Of a stretch of DNA of 59,343 bases, positions 25,804 through 35,742 are shown piece after piece. Each line of letters starts with the position of its first letter. Positions within the stretch are counted from its first letter, which is position 1. The stretch lies in UHGV virus genome UHGV-1362914. One strand, given 5' to 3'. Under the pieces are notes generated by a model. It saw only the letters and a program-made list of their open reading frames with translations. It was not told the origin of the DNA and did no database searches. The stretch is from a virus. The translations under genes and the position numbers were made by a program.

Positions 25804-27319
25804 TCCGCCGAAAGTTGTATGGCGTCCACATAGAGGGTCACAGACCCTGGCGCTGTCCTGCCCGGCGGATATTATTATCTATCACGGAACTCGCGGGCCC
25901 GGTAAGACTGATAGCCAGCTCATGCGCTTTCGCCAGCGTGTGGGCTTAGGCTATGGTAAATACTGGAAAGGTATCATCTTTGACCGTGAATATAAAAACC
26001 TTGACGACTTGGTGACAAAATCCCTTCGCTGGTTTCCTGAGTTTAATGACGGCGCGAAGTTTCTTTCTTCAAAATCTGATTATAAGTGGGTTTGGCCCAC
26101 AGGTGAAGAACTTCTGTTCCGTGTTGCAGCTAAGCCTGAAGATTACTGGTCGTATCACGGTCATGAATATCCTTTCATTGGCTGGAACGAATTAACCAAA
26201 TATCCAAACGGACTAGTCTTTGACGCGATGATGTCCTGTAACCGCTCCTCATTCCTTCCTGCTGACCACCCGCAGAAAGATGCGGACGGTAAGATTTATT
26301 ATTTGCCTCGCATTCCGTTAGAAGTATTTGCGACTACTAACCCTTTTGGGGTTGGGCATAACTGGGTCAAGAAGCGTTTTATTGATGTTTCCCGTATGGG
26401 TGAGATCGTCAAGAAAGAGATTCAAGTATTCGACCCGCAGACCCAACAGGATATTGTGGTCACAACGACACAATGCCATATCTACGGGTCTTATCGCGAG
26501 AACCGAAATCTTGACCCTAAATATATTGCAAAACTGATGGAAGAAACAGACCCTAACAAAAGAGCAGCATGGTTAGGTGGGTCATGGGATATCACTTCTG
26601 GTGGTATGTTCGATGATTTGTGGTCTTCGCGTCACCACATTATTGCACCATTTGAGATACCCAGAAGCTGGAAAATTACTCGTTCGTTTGACTGGGGTAA
26701 CTCCAAACCATTTTCTGTTGGTTGGTGGGCTGTAAGCGACGGAACGGATTTTGTTGATTCTCGTGGTGTTACACGCAGTACAATTCGTGGTGACCTTTTC
26801 CGTATTAATGAATGGTACGGCACTAATGGAAAGCCTAACGAAGGCTTGCGTATGCTCGATAAGGAAATAGCCCGAGGTATTGTACAGCGTGAACTGATCA
26901 TGGGTATTCGTGACAGAGTTGTACCTGGCCCTGCGGATAACTCTATATGGGATTTGGAAAACGGTAACTCAACGGCAGCCACAATGTCGCAGCAAGTCAC
27001 TATTAACGGCGTTATTCACAAAGGTGTTTCGTGGAAGCGTTCAGATAAGAGTTCAGGTTCCCGTAAAGTGGGTTGGAAGAAAATGAGGGAATTCTTCGCG
27101 GGTAGTATCCCTGAACCTGGCTTACCACGTGAAAATCCTGGTATATTCGTCTTTAGTACGTGCAAGCATTTTATTGATCTGGTTCCTAGCCTCCCTCGGG
27201 ACGAAGCAGATCAGGACGACGTAGATACAGAATCTGAAGATCACATGGGCGATGAAGTTCGTTACATGGTTCTTGATCAGGCTGTTTACTCTGGCATCAA
27301 AGCGACCAAAGGTACTTAA
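25793..27319 (+). CDS. terminase large subunit
   Basis: Walker A YHGTRGPGKT. C-terminal nuclease-like region. 508 aa. Confidence 0.85.
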   Translation: MSTNPPKVVWRPHRGSQTLALSCPADIIIYHGTRGPGKTDSQLMRFRQRVGLGYGKYWKGIIFDREYKNLDDLVTKSLRWFPEFNDGAKFLSSKSDYKWVWPTGEELLFRVAAKPEDYWSYHGHEYPFIGWNELTKYPNGLVFDAMMSCNRSSFLPADHPQKDADGKIYYLPRIPLEVFATTNPFGVGHNWVKKRFIDVSRMGEIVKKEIQVFDPQTQQDIVVTTTQCHIYGSYRENRNLDPKYIAKLMEETDPNKRAAWLGGSWDITSGGMFDDLWSSRHHIIAPFEIPRSWKITRSFDWGNSKPFSVGWWAVSDGTDFVDSRGVTRSTIRGDLFRINEWYGTNGKPNEGLRMLDKEIARGIVQRELIMGIRDRVVPGPADNSIWDLENGNSTAATMSQQVTINGVIHKGVSWKRSDKSSGSRKVGWKKMREFFAGSIPEPGLPRENPGIFVFSTCKHFIDLVPSLPRDEADQDDVDTESEDHMGDEVRYMVLDQAVYSGIKATKGT

Positions 27320-27321
27320 TC

Positions 27322-28863
27322 ATGGGCTTAGACTCTACTCACCCGCTTTATCAAAAATACGAGTCGACTTGGAAAAAGTTAGACGACGTATTTGAAGGGC
27401 AAGATAAGATTAAAGAAGAAGGAACTACTTATCTGCCGCATTTACCGTCTATGGTTTTAGATGGTGTAACTAATCCGGAAGATCTTGGTTCACAGCGCTA
27501 TAAGCAATATATCTTACGCGCTAACTTCCCGGACGACTTTTCTGAAGCTGTCCGGAATAACCATGGTCTTTTGTGGAGTAAGCCGCCAACAATTCAATTA
27601 CCTCCTGAAATGGAGTATTTGAATGAAAAAGCAACTCGCGACGGTGCAACGTTGATGGGTTTGTTATCTCTTATTAATGAGATGCAACTTCGCAATGGTC
27701 GGGTCGGTATTTTGCTAGATATGGACTCTACGCCTAGTCCTGAAAATAAACCTTTCATTAGCGTGTATTTTGCTCCTAATATCCGAAATTGGGATAAAGC
27801 GGACGCTACAGAACAGGTTGAACGAGATTCTTTAAATATGGTAGTTCTGGACGAATCAAAAATGGTTCGTCAGCCTAACGAGTTTGATTGGTCAAAAGAG
27901 ACTCGTTATCGTGTTCTGAGTTTAGGTAAGTTGAATGAAAACGATCCAGAAGGTACTGCTGTTTATCGGCAAGGGTTGTTTATTGAAACTACCGACTTTG
28001 ATGAAAGTAAGCTTATCACGCCCGTGTATCGGGGTACGGCGCTGGAAGAAATTCCGTTCGTAGCTATTAATGCTTCCGACTGCTTAATTGACCCTGATGT
28101 ACCGCCAATGTTAGGTCTTGCTAACTTGTGCTTGAGTATGTATATCAGCGATGCTGACTATCGTCAACATTTGTACATGCAAGGTCAAGACACTTTAGTT
28201 CGCATCGGCGCATCTGGGGCGGGAACAGAAGACGGCGCGGCCCCTGCTCGCGTAGGCGCTGGCGCTGTTATGGACGTTGCCCTTGGCGGTGACGTTAAAT
28301 ATGTTGGTGTTGAATCCCAAGGATTGTCTGAAGAGCGTTTAGCATTAGCTAATGACAAAGCAGAAGCTCAGCTAAAAGCGGGTCAGATGGTTAACAACAC
28401 AAAGGGTTCTCAGGAATCCGGCGAAGCTCTGCGTACACGTATCGGGGCGCGTACTGCTAGCCTTGTACAGCTCGCGAAAACAGGCTCCGCAGGGTTAGAG
28501 ATGTTGTTGAAAATTTGCGCTCGTTGGATGAACGCCGATCCTGAGAAAGTTAAGATTCAACCTAACCTCGACTTCTCGAAAGCTATCTTTAGCGGGCAAA
28601 ATTTGGTTCAGACTATGGCAGCGCGTAACCTGGCCGCTCCGTTGTCTCTGAAAACAATTCATGAATATTTAACGGATCAGGGATTGACCAAGCTGACCTT
28701 TGAAGAAGAAATGAAACAGATTGCCTACGAGTTCGATACTTATCCCGAGATTAAGTTGCTAAACACTGGTAAGGCTGACCAGAATGCTACTCAGCAAGCG
28801 CAAGGCTCGCAGGTAGACTCTGGTGGAGCTAAACAGCAAAAGCAAAATGACTCTGGACAATAA
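27322..28863 (+). CDS. portal protein
   Basis: 513 aa, directly after TerL. Acidic, Gln-rich C-terminus. Confidence 0.65.
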   Translation: MGLDSTHPLYQKYESTWKKLDDVFEGQDKIKEEGTTYLPHLPSMVLDGVTNPEDLGSQRYKQYILRANFPDDFSEAVRNNHGLLWSKPPTIQLPPEMEYLNEKATRDGATLMGLLSLINEMQLRNGRVGILLDMDSTPSPENKPFISVYFAPNIRNWDKADATEQVERDSLNMVVLDESKMVRQPNEFDWSKETRYRVLSLGKLNENDPEGTAVYRQGLFIETTDFDESKLITPVYRGTALEEIPFVAINASDCLIDPDVPPMLGLANLCLSMYISDADYRQHLYMQGQDTLVRIGASGAGTEDGAAPARVGAGAVMDVALGGDVKYVGVESQGLSEERLALANDKAEAQLKAGQMVNNTKGSQESGEALRTRIGARTASLVQLAKTGSAGLEMLLKICARWMNADPEKVKIQPNLDFSKAIFSGQNLVQTMAARNLAAPLSLKTIHEYLTDQGLTKLTFEEEMKQIAYEFDTYPEIKLLNTGKADQNATQQAQGSQVDSGGAKQQKQNDSGQ

Positions 28864-28885
28864 AGTCTCTGATGTAATATAGTCT

Positions 28886-28916
28886 AAGCGTCCAATGTCG
28901 GACGCTTAATTTTTTG
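28886..28916 (+). terminator. rho-independent terminator AAGCGTCC-AATGTC-GGACGCTT + AATTTTTT
   Basis: Perfect 8-bp stem. The same arm sequence is reused at 56917..56946. Confidence 0.55.
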
Positions 28917-28939
28917 TTGCATGGGCAACAGGAGAAAAC

Positions 28940-29818
28940 ATGAAACGTAACCTTATCACCCTCGCTATGCCTCATTTCGGTATGATCGGTGTTCGTCTTG
29001 GTGACGGTACACCGGAACTCGAAGTTTCCTACGATAGCGCTGATGACATCCCGGCAGGGTTTGAAAGTCTGTATACCGAAAAAGACGGTAAGCATATCCT
29101 TACCCGCGTTAAAGGTCTGAAAACTCAAGCCGATATCGATCGTCTCAATACTGCGCTGTCGAAAGAACGTAGCGATCACAAGGCCGTTAAGCAGCAGCTT
29201 TCCTCTCTGGCCAGCTACGGCACGGTTGAAGAAATCGTAGCAAACCTGGACCGTATTCCGGAGCTCGAAGCCAAGCAAGGTAAGGGCGACCCGGCAGACC
29301 TTGAAAAGGTAGTCACTGCCCGCCTGGCGCCGTTGCAGCGCAAACTCGATGAAGCGAATGCACTGCTTCAAGAGAAGGATAAAGCGATCGAAGGCTACAA
29401 AGGCAAAGAAGTGAAGGCGACCGTCGCGGACGTAGTTCGTAAAGCTGCGAAAACCCTGAAAATCCGCGAATCGGCGATCGAAGACGCCATCATGTATGGC
29501 GAGCGCCTGTTGCATGTCGACGAATCCGGTAATGTGGTCACCAAAGAAGGCGTTGGTGTTACCCCTTTCCTGGATGCTGAAAATATGCTGCGTGATCTGA
29601 TCACGAGTCGCCCGCACTGGCTTGAAGATTCCTTCGGCGGCGGCGCTTCTGGTGGTAAAGGCGGACAGGGCGGCGGCGACGACCCGTATTCCCACGATGG
29701 TTGGTCTGTAACTGAACAGATGAAACTGTTCAAAGTTGATCCGGAACGTGCTAAGAAACTGGCGAAGCGCAACGGCGTTGATCCGTTAAATCCGAAGCGC
29801 CCGGCGAAAAAGTCCTAA
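28940..29818 (+). CDS. scaffolding protein
   Basis: Coiled-coil-rich, Gly-rich C-terminus, directly upstream of the major capsid gene. Confidence 0.55.
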   Translation: MKRNLITLAMPHFGMIGVRLGDGTPELEVSYDSADDIPAGFESLYTEKDGKHILTRVKGLKTQADIDRLNTALSKERSDHKAVKQQLSSLASYGTVEEIVANLDRIPELEAKQGKGDPADLEKVVTARLAPLQRKLDEANALLQEKDKAIEGYKGKEVKATVADVVRKAAKTLKIRESAIEDAIMYGERLLHVDESGNVVTKEGVGVTPFLDAENMLRDLITSRPHWLEDSFGGGASGGKGGQGGGDDPYSHDGWSVTEQMKLFKVDPERAKKLAKRNGVDPLNPKRPAKKS

Positions 29819-29944
29819 ACTGATATTGACCGTGCTTTTTGAATACGCTAATTTTGCGTTCATGAAGCATGGTCTTCAATCATTTAGGCCTTCCATGGGG
29901 AAAGGCTTACAAAAAATTAAAAGCTTTCCTTATGGAGAAGAATT

Positions 29945-31015
29945 ATGTCTCGTATCGTTCACCTTCCAGGCTTCGCCCCGGTTCGTCTGGGTGCTACCGA
30001 CCTGACCCGTATTTCTGATATCGTAGTTCCGGAGATCTTTGCTGGATACGTTCAGACCCTGACTCAGGAAAAATCCCGTCTGGTCCAGTCTTCTGCGCTC
30101 GTCATGGACGAACGTCTGAACGCTGACCTTGCTGGTGGTGGTCTGACCTTTAACCAGCCGTTCTATCACGATCTGCTGTCCAGCGATGGCGACCATGCTG
30201 AAAACATCTCTTCGGACAACGGCCCTGACTCCGTTCCGGATAACATCCAGGCAGCGACTGAAATTCAGATCCGCATGTCGCGTAACAAATCCTGGGGTTC
30301 TGCTGACCTGGTAGCTGCGCTGGCGGGTAACGACCCGATGAACGCGATCGCTAACCGTGTTGCTGACTGGCGTGTTCGCCGTTTGCAGGGTGCGTGGCTG
30401 GCCACAATGAAGGGCGTGTTCGCTACTAACGACGCTGCCCCGGCTGGCGGTTCCACTCACGTCGCAACAGACCTGACTCTCGACATCTCCAGTCTGAGCG
30501 GTGATGCTGCGAAGTTTAGTTCTTCTGCATTTATTGCAGCGTGCGGCCTGATGGGCGACAGCATGGGTGACCTTACCATGGTCATGATGCACTCCGTTGT
30601 TTATCAGCGCCTGATGAACCTGAACCTGATCGACTTTATCCCGGATTCCCGCGGCGATGTCAACATCGCGTACTACATGGGCCGTGAAGTTATCGTTGAT
30701 GACAGTATGCCGAACACTGGTGGCGTTTACCAGACCTTCCTGATCGGTACTGGCGCAACTGCCCTGGGCGTAGGTTCCCCGAAAGTTCCGGTTGCTGTGA
30801 AGCGCAACGAAGAAGCCAACGACGGTGCGGGTGAAGAAATCCTGTTCAACCGTTGGGAATGGATCATCCACCCGGTCGGCCACGCCTGGAAAGGCACTGC
30901 CGCCAAGAAAGGTGGCCCGTCCAACACCGAGCTCGGTGCGGCAGGTTCCTTCATCCGCGTATTCCGCGAACGTAAACAGATCCGCATCGCGCGTCTGATT
31001 ACGAAAGAGGTCTAA
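29945..31015 (+). CDS. major capsid protein
   Basis: 356 aa, after the scaffold gene and followed by a strong terminator. High-expression GC-rich codon usage. Confidence 0.6.
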   Translation: MSRIVHLPGFAPVRLGATDLTRISDIVVPEIFAGYVQTLTQEKSRLVQSSALVMDERLNADLAGGGLTFNQPFYHDLLSSDGDHAENISSDNGPDSVPDNIQAATEIQIRMSRNKSWGSADLVAALAGNDPMNAIANRVADWRVRRLQGAWLATMKGVFATNDAAPAGGSTHVATDLTLDISSLSGDAAKFSSSAFIAACGLMGDSMGDLTMVMMHSVVYQRLMNLNLIDFIPDSRGDVNIAYYMGREVIVDDSMPNTGGVYQTFLIGTGATALGVGSPKVPVAVKRNEEANDGAGEEILFNRWEWIIHPVGHAWKGTAAKKGGPSNTELGAAGSFIRVFRERKQIRIARLITKEV

Positions 31016-31031
31016 TACCGGTTAACTAAGA

Positions 31032-31054
31032 GGGCGGCTCCGGCCGCCTTTTTT
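31032..31054 (+). terminator. rho-independent terminator GGGCGGC-TCCG-GCCGCC + TTTTTT
   Basis: GC stem followed by T6, right after the capsid gene. Confidence 0.6.
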
Positions 31055-31067
31055 AGGAGGATACAAA

Positions 31068-31478
31068 ATGCCACGTCATTCAAGACATATGCGACATCGT
31101 CGCTATATCCGGCATGATCGTCACGATCCTTTACCGGTTATCACGGCAGTTGGCGCCGTGCAATATTCGGCCGACGGTACTACCTGGGCTGATTCAATTC
31201 CGGTGGATACTATGAAAGTCGACACCGCTTTGAACTTCTTTGTTCGTCCCAAAACTGTGACCCCTGCCGATACCGGGTTCTACACGTATAACTTTGCAAT
31301 TGCAGCAGGTACTGGTGACGGTTTGAGTCTTACTAATGTTTCCAATGGTGTGGCACGTATTAGCGGAACTGCGCCAGCTGGCATGGTTGGTAAGACTTTC
31401 TCTGTCAACGTAACAGTTACCGATAAGAAAGGTAACGCTGTTGCAGGTACTGCGCTGACTCAAGCGTGGGCCGCTTAA
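31068..31478 (+). CDS. Ig-like domain protein, probable capsid decoration protein, with His/Arg-rich N-terminus
   Basis: AGGAGG RBS. MPRHSRHMRHRRYIRHDRHD followed by a Big_2/Ig-like beta-rich domain. Confidence 0.45.
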   Translation: MPRHSRHMRHRRYIRHDRHDPLPVITAVGAVQYSADGTTWADSIPVDTMKVDTALNFFVRPKTVTPADTGFYTYNFAIAAGTGDGLSLTNVSNGVARISGTAPAGMVGKTFSVNVTVTDKKGNAVAGTALTQAWAA

Positions 31479-31535
31479 AGAGCACGATGGAAGAGGGTGG
31501 AAAGGGGTTTTGGTCTATTTCCATATTTAGACGAA

Positions 31536-31571
31536 GGTGCTACACTCGCGAAGGGTAGTACCTTTCTTTTT
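31536..31571 (+). terminator. putative terminator (GGTGCTAC...GTAGTACC, 11-nt loop, TTTCTTTTT)
   Basis: 8-bp stem with one G-U wobble. Confidence 0.35.
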
Positions 31572-31587
31572 CACCTGAGGAATTATA

Positions 31588-32196
31588 ATGAACGAAAAGA
31601 TTATCGAAGGCCTGAAAACTCTGGACGCCAAAGTTGACGCTCAGTGGACCCAAGACGGCCTGGTCAACTTGAACGGTTTTAAATTCGTGCTAGGCGGTGA
31701 AGCGGTTACGCGCGAACAGCTGGAAGAAGCGGCCCCAGGTTTTAATCGTGAAAACGCTGAAACCTACTTTCTGACTAAAACAGCAGAACCCAAAGCTGCT
31801 GTAGAAAGCCCCGCGAAAGATCGCAGCAATGTGGTCACAGGCGAAATCAAACTACTGGTAGAAGTTCAGTTCTCGGATGCTATTCGCGCTCTTCTAGGCG
31901 ACGCTCTTGATATTAAAGTTGAAGAGCTGACGCTTGAGCAACTGAAAGATCTGATGCCGCAAGTTCCGGAACGTCGCAATCAGCTGATCAACCTCCGCGA
32001 AGAAATGCTGAAAGCAATCGAAGCTGAAATGAACCAGCTGGTTAATATTGAAGCGGCTTATGACCGCTCTGTTCCGAAAGATAACCATTCTGATATCGTG
32101 AAGCAGGTCTATCTGGCGAACGCTGGTAAGTATCAAGAAGTGGACCGCCCACGCGCCCGCGCTGCTGCGATTGTTCCTCCTTTGAACCGTCGATAA
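31588..32196 (+). CDS. hypothetical head/neck structural protein
   Basis: ORF in the morphogenesis block. Confidence 0.4.
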   Translation: MNEKIIEGLKTLDAKVDAQWTQDGLVNLNGFKFVLGGEAVTREQLEEAAPGFNRENAETYFLTKTAEPKAAVESPAKDRSNVVTGEIKLLVEVQFSDAIRALLGDALDIKVEELTLEQLKDLMPQVPERRNQLINLREEMLKAIEAEMNQLVNIEAAYDRSVPKDNHSDIVKQVYLANAGKYQEVDRPRARAAAIVPPLNRR

Positions 32197-32202
32197 GGTA
32201 AA

Positions 32203-32337
32203 TGAAGATGAAGCCTCCTCGTATGCGAAGTGACAAGCCGTTTAAAGCATGGTTAGTTCAGCGTAACCGTAAACGTCGCGAGGAGGCTAATGAACCTGTT
32301 AATACAACACCACCTCCAGAAACTACAGAATAAGGTA
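32203..32337 (+). CDS. small basic protein (44 aa)
   Basis: MKMKPPRMRSDKPFKAWLVQRNRKRREEA. Below the track cutoff; AAGGTAA upstream. Confidence 0.25.
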
Positions 32338-32342
32338 ACGTT

Positions 32343-32834
32343 ATGACTGTTAGTTTAATTGTTGAAGACGGTTCCGGAGTTGTCGACGCGAATACTTATA
32401 TCACAGTGGCGGAGGCCAAAGCCTATGCTGAGAATCGCGGTGTTACTCTTGGTTCTGATGATGCCATTGCAGCCAACCTGGTTTTGGCTGCTGACTACAT
32501 GGAAACGACTGGACCGTACAAAGGGTACGTATACAGTTCTGATCAAGGACTCGAATTCCCTCGCAAAGAGACGTCTGGCGGACCTTCGCTTGGCATCCCT
32601 TCAGATATCAAAAAAGCACAGGCACAACTCCTTATCGATATCAAAGAGAGCGGAGCATTAATGACTAGCTCTCGCCAGTTCGCGCTTAAACGCCGCAAGC
32701 TGGAAGGTCTGGAGCAGGAATGGGCTGTTGGTTCTTACGCAGCTTACAAGCCTAATGCGGAGCATAAATTTTACGACTTCCTTATGGGCCCTTACCAGGT
32801 TTATGGCGGTCGCGGGGGATACTTAATAAGATGA
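32343..32834 (+). CDS. head-tail connector/adaptor (gp6-like)
   Basis: N-terminus MTVSLIVEDG..ITVAEAKAYAE is typical of the Phage_connect_1 family. Position supports the call. Confidence 0.45.
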   Translation: MTVSLIVEDGSGVVDANTYITVAEAKAYAENRGVTLGSDDAIAANLVLAADYMETTGPYKGYVYSSDQGLEFPRKETSGGPSLGIPSDIKKAQAQLLIDIKESGALMTSSRQFALKRRKLEGLEQEWAVGSYAAYKPNAEHKFYDFLMGPYQVYGGRGGYLIR

Positions 32835-33205
32835 GTACCTTCGACGATTTCTATGAAATGGCTAAGGAAATGCTCAGCGACCCTGATATCTGTTCTAATG
32901 CTCAGATACTTGTTCCCGTTGATGCACCGCTGCCCGATCCATCAAAGCCTTGGGAACTACCAGTATCTGGACCTGAAGTCCATGATGTTACGTGCTTTTA
33001 CTATAAGCCAAAAAACAACATGGTTAACGGCACGGTGATAGCTACTGGTCAAAAGGCTGTCTTAGTTCAGACCGATGTTCCTGAGGCTTCCTTATTATTA
33101 GCCACATGGGTAGACGCCGACTCAAATCAATGGCAAATTAAAACTTTCGAGAAAACAGAGCTCAACGATAAACCCATTATGTTTAAACTCCTTATAGGTA
33201 CCTAA
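32831..33205 (+). CDS. head-closure / neck protein
   Basis: Position and size. Confidence 0.4.
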   Translation: MSTFDDFYEMAKEMLSDPDICSNAQILVPVDAPLPDPSKPWELPVSGPEVHDVTCFYYKPKNNMVNGTVIATGQKAVLVQTDVPEASLLLATWVDADSNQWQIKTFEKTELNDKPIMFKLLIGT

Positions 33206-33206
33206 T

Positions 33207-33620
33207 ATGGCCAGGCCTTCGTTTCGTGATCAGTTTGATAAAGCAACCTTAAAAGCTATGCAAGCCGTTTCAAAAGAAGCGAAGGCCCGCCTTATGGGTT
33301 TTGTTGGTGCTGTAGTTGACGACACTCCTGTTCTTAGCGGTAAGCTAAAAGGTTCTTGGCAGATTGTTAAAACAGGCGCTGAATTCCTCGAAGACCTACC
33401 ACCCGATCCTAGCGGTATAGCAACTAAGCAACGTCTTCTACAGAAGATTCGTTATCTTCCCATTCATATGGATTGGCAAATTCTCTTTGGTACTCCAGTA
33501 CCATACGCTCACAAGATTGAATATGAAGGCTGGTCAAAACAAGCGCCTTCGGGTATGGTGCGCAAAAATATTATTCTGGGCGGTGAGCGCTTCAAAGGTA
33601 TCTATATAGGAGAATTCTAA
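33207..33620 (+). CDS. HK97 gp10-like neck protein
   Basis: GSWQ and YAHKIEYEGW motifs. Confidence 0.45.
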   Translation: MARPSFRDQFDKATLKAMQAVSKEAKARLMGFVGAVVDDTPVLSGKLKGSWQIVKTGAEFLEDLPPDPSGIATKQRLLQKIRYLPIHMDWQILFGTPVPYAHKIEYEGWSKQAPSGMVRKNIILGGERFKGIYIGEF

Positions 33621-34069
33621 TGGCCTTTGAATGGGTGAAAGATATAGTTCAGGGGTATGTTGCAAACGGTCTACCTGAATATGTAAAAGACATGGCCTGG
33701 AAGAATTTGAAATTCGACCCGGCTAATCGTATATTGTGGTTAAAAGTAATTTACGTTCCTATCACTGAAGATGCTGTTACGCTTGGAATACATGGCGATA
33801 ACGAGCTCAAAGGTTTCATTCAAATCGGTGTATACCAGAAAGCTGGTACAGGAACCAAAGAAGCGGATACCGCTCTGAACCGTATCAACGAGCTGATGAA
33901 AATCCCTATGCACTTATCGGCTCCTGAAGGTTGTATTCTTCGATTGACTTCGAAGTCTAGCGGGCAAGGTGGTCAGACTTCACTAGCGGACTCTACGGCT
34001 GGTGGTACTGAAGGCTTATGGGACGCGAATTATATCACTGTTTATTGGCTCGCACGTGAGCCTAGATAA
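33620..34069 (+). CDS. tail completion/terminator protein
   Basis: Lies immediately upstream of the major tail protein. Confidence 0.4.
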   Translation: MAFEWVKDIVQGYVANGLPEYVKDMAWKNLKFDPANRILWLKVIYVPITEDAVTLGIHGDNELKGFIQIGVYQKAGTGTKEADTALNRINELMKIPMHLSAPEGCILRLTSKSSGQGGQTSLADSTAGGTEGLWDANYITVYWLAREPR

Positions 34070-34081
34070 GAGGGCAATAAA

Positions 34082-35257
34082 ATGGCAGAAGGTTCACGTT
34101 ATGCCAGCTACTTCGTACAAGAACTATCGAGCGGCGTTACTCCTGCGAATGCCGCTCTGAAAGTTTTTCGTCCGACTAAGTCTGGTTTAGATATCAGTAT
34201 CGCGGCGTTACAGTCTGAAGAGATTCGTAATGACGCTGAAATTGCTGATTTTCGTTTAGGCGCTCGTCACGTTGAAGGCACTGCATCAGCGGAACTATCC
34301 TACGGGACGTTCGACGATCTGCTGGCAGCAGCTCTCCGCGGCACCTGGGCATCTGATACCCTGGTCGCGGGCATTCTGCGCCCGAGCTTCACTTTCGTAG
34401 ACTACAATGCGGACATCAACGATTTGCCTTACACCATTTACCGCGGTTGTGAAGTGAACTCGTTGAACATCAAAATCTCTGCATCTGCAATGGTGACAGT
34501 TGAGTTTGGTATTGTTGGGCGTACTATGGAACAGCGGGCAGATTTACCAGCAGGTTGGACTGTAGGTGCTCGCACATCCACCAGTCCGATGGATGCTTTC
34601 TCTGGTGGCTTGACCGCTAACGGTGTGAAAAACAACGTTATTACAGAGCTCTCTATCGATATCGCTAACGGTATCGAGCCGCGCTTTGTCGTTGGTTCCA
34701 AATACTCCATCCGCCCTGGTGCGAAGAGCCGTAACGTGACTGGTTCACTCACCGCTTACTTTGAAGATAACAGCTTACGTCTGGCTTACCTGAACGAGCT
34801 GCCGCAAGTAATTGTAATGACGCTGTCGGACGGTGTGTCTGGTAACACGTATGAGATCACCATGCCGAAAGTCAAACTGACTGAAGCACCGCGCCCGATC
34901 GACGGCGAAGGCGATATCATGCAGAACATCTCCTACCGCGGCCTGTTAGACCCAACTGAAGCGACTTCAATTAAGATTGTGCGTAAAGTTGTAGTGCCGG
35001 ATGCTGAAGGCGTGATTGTTAGCCCGGGCTATGTGGACACCGTAGAGGGCGGGTCTACTCAGCAGTTCAATGCAACTGTTCTGGGCACCACAGCACAGGG
35101 AGTCGCTTGGTCTGTTGAACCAACAGGTAACGGTACTATTACCCCGTCTGGTTTGTTTACTGCTGACGAAGCTGCAACTGGTGAAACCACTATTGTCGCA
35201 ACGTCAACGAAAACAAACACTGTTTCTGGTACCGCTCGAATCGGCTCTATTTCTTAA
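34082..35257 (+). CDS. major tail protein with C-terminal Ig-like (Big_2) domain
   Basis: 391 aa. C-terminal ~90 aa beta-rich Ig-like domain. Strong terminator downstream. Confidence 0.6.
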   Translation: MAEGSRYASYFVQELSSGVTPANAALKVFRPTKSGLDISIAALQSEEIRNDAEIADFRLGARHVEGTASAELSYGTFDDLLAAALRGTWASDTLVAGILRPSFTFVDYNADINDLPYTIYRGCEVNSLNIKISASAMVTVEFGIVGRTMEQRADLPAGWTVGARTSTSPMDAFSGGLTANGVKNNVITELSIDIANGIEPRFVVGSKYSIRPGAKSRNVTGSLTAYFEDNSLRLAYLNELPQVIVMTLSDGVSGNTYEITMPKVKLTEAPRPIDGEGDIMQNISYRGLLDPTEATSIKIVRKVVVPDAEGVIVSPGYVDTVEGGSTQQFNATVLGTTAQGVAWSVEPTGNGTITPSGLFTADEAATGETTIVATSTKTNTVSGTARIGSIS

Positions 35258-35270
35258 TAGCGTTGACTTC

Positions 35271-35300
35271 AAAAAGGCTCCTCCGGGGGCCTTTTCTTTT
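35271..35300 (+). terminator. rho-independent terminator AAAAAGGCTCC-TCCG-GGGGCCTTTT
   Basis: Stem with a U-G wobble plus a T-run. Confidence 0.6.
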
Positions 35301-35352
35301 GGGCGCTTTCTTGCTATATTCAGTTTTGACCTAATCCTCCCGGAGAATAATA

Positions 35353-35742
35353 ATGGGCAGCTTCAAGAAATATAATACAGTTCGTGATTTCCAGGACTCC
35401 ACCTACGTCCTTAAGCTTGTATACCCAGGAATCGGTGATACAGGTGAAACTCTGACTATTCGCAGCCAGTACAGCAAAGAGTTTCGTGAAGCCAAAGCAA
35501 GAGCTACACGTCAGATTTCCACTTTGACTATTTCCCGCAAAGGCAAGGATTTGGATGAAGACGAAATCAAATTAATCGAAGATACTCAGTTCGCTGCGCT
35601 AATCGCTGACTGGTCCTTTGAAGAAGAATGCACCGTGGAAAACATCATTGAATTCCTCGATGCTAACCCGCAGGTGTATGACCTGATCAATACTACTGCC
35701 GCTCAAGACACCCTTTTTTTAAAGAAAGTCGAGAAAAAGTAA
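35353..35742 (+). CDS. tail assembly chaperone (gpG-like)
   Basis: Lies directly upstream of the tape measure gene and ends just after a T7 slippery run. Confidence 0.55.
   Translation: MGSFKKYNTVRDFQDSTYVLKLVYPGIGDTGETLTIRSQYSKEFREAKARATRQISTLTISRKGKDLDEDEIKLIEDTQFAALIADWSFEEECTVENIIEFLDANPQVYDLINTTAAQDTLFLKKVEKK

Noticed and set aside
28829-30883. Large minus-strand ORFs (28829..29695, 29395..29772, 29930..30883) opposite the scaffold and capsid genes
   Set aside because: The plus-strand genes have RBSs, expected order and terminators. The minus ORFs are Arg/Val-rich shadows of highly expressed GC-rich genes.
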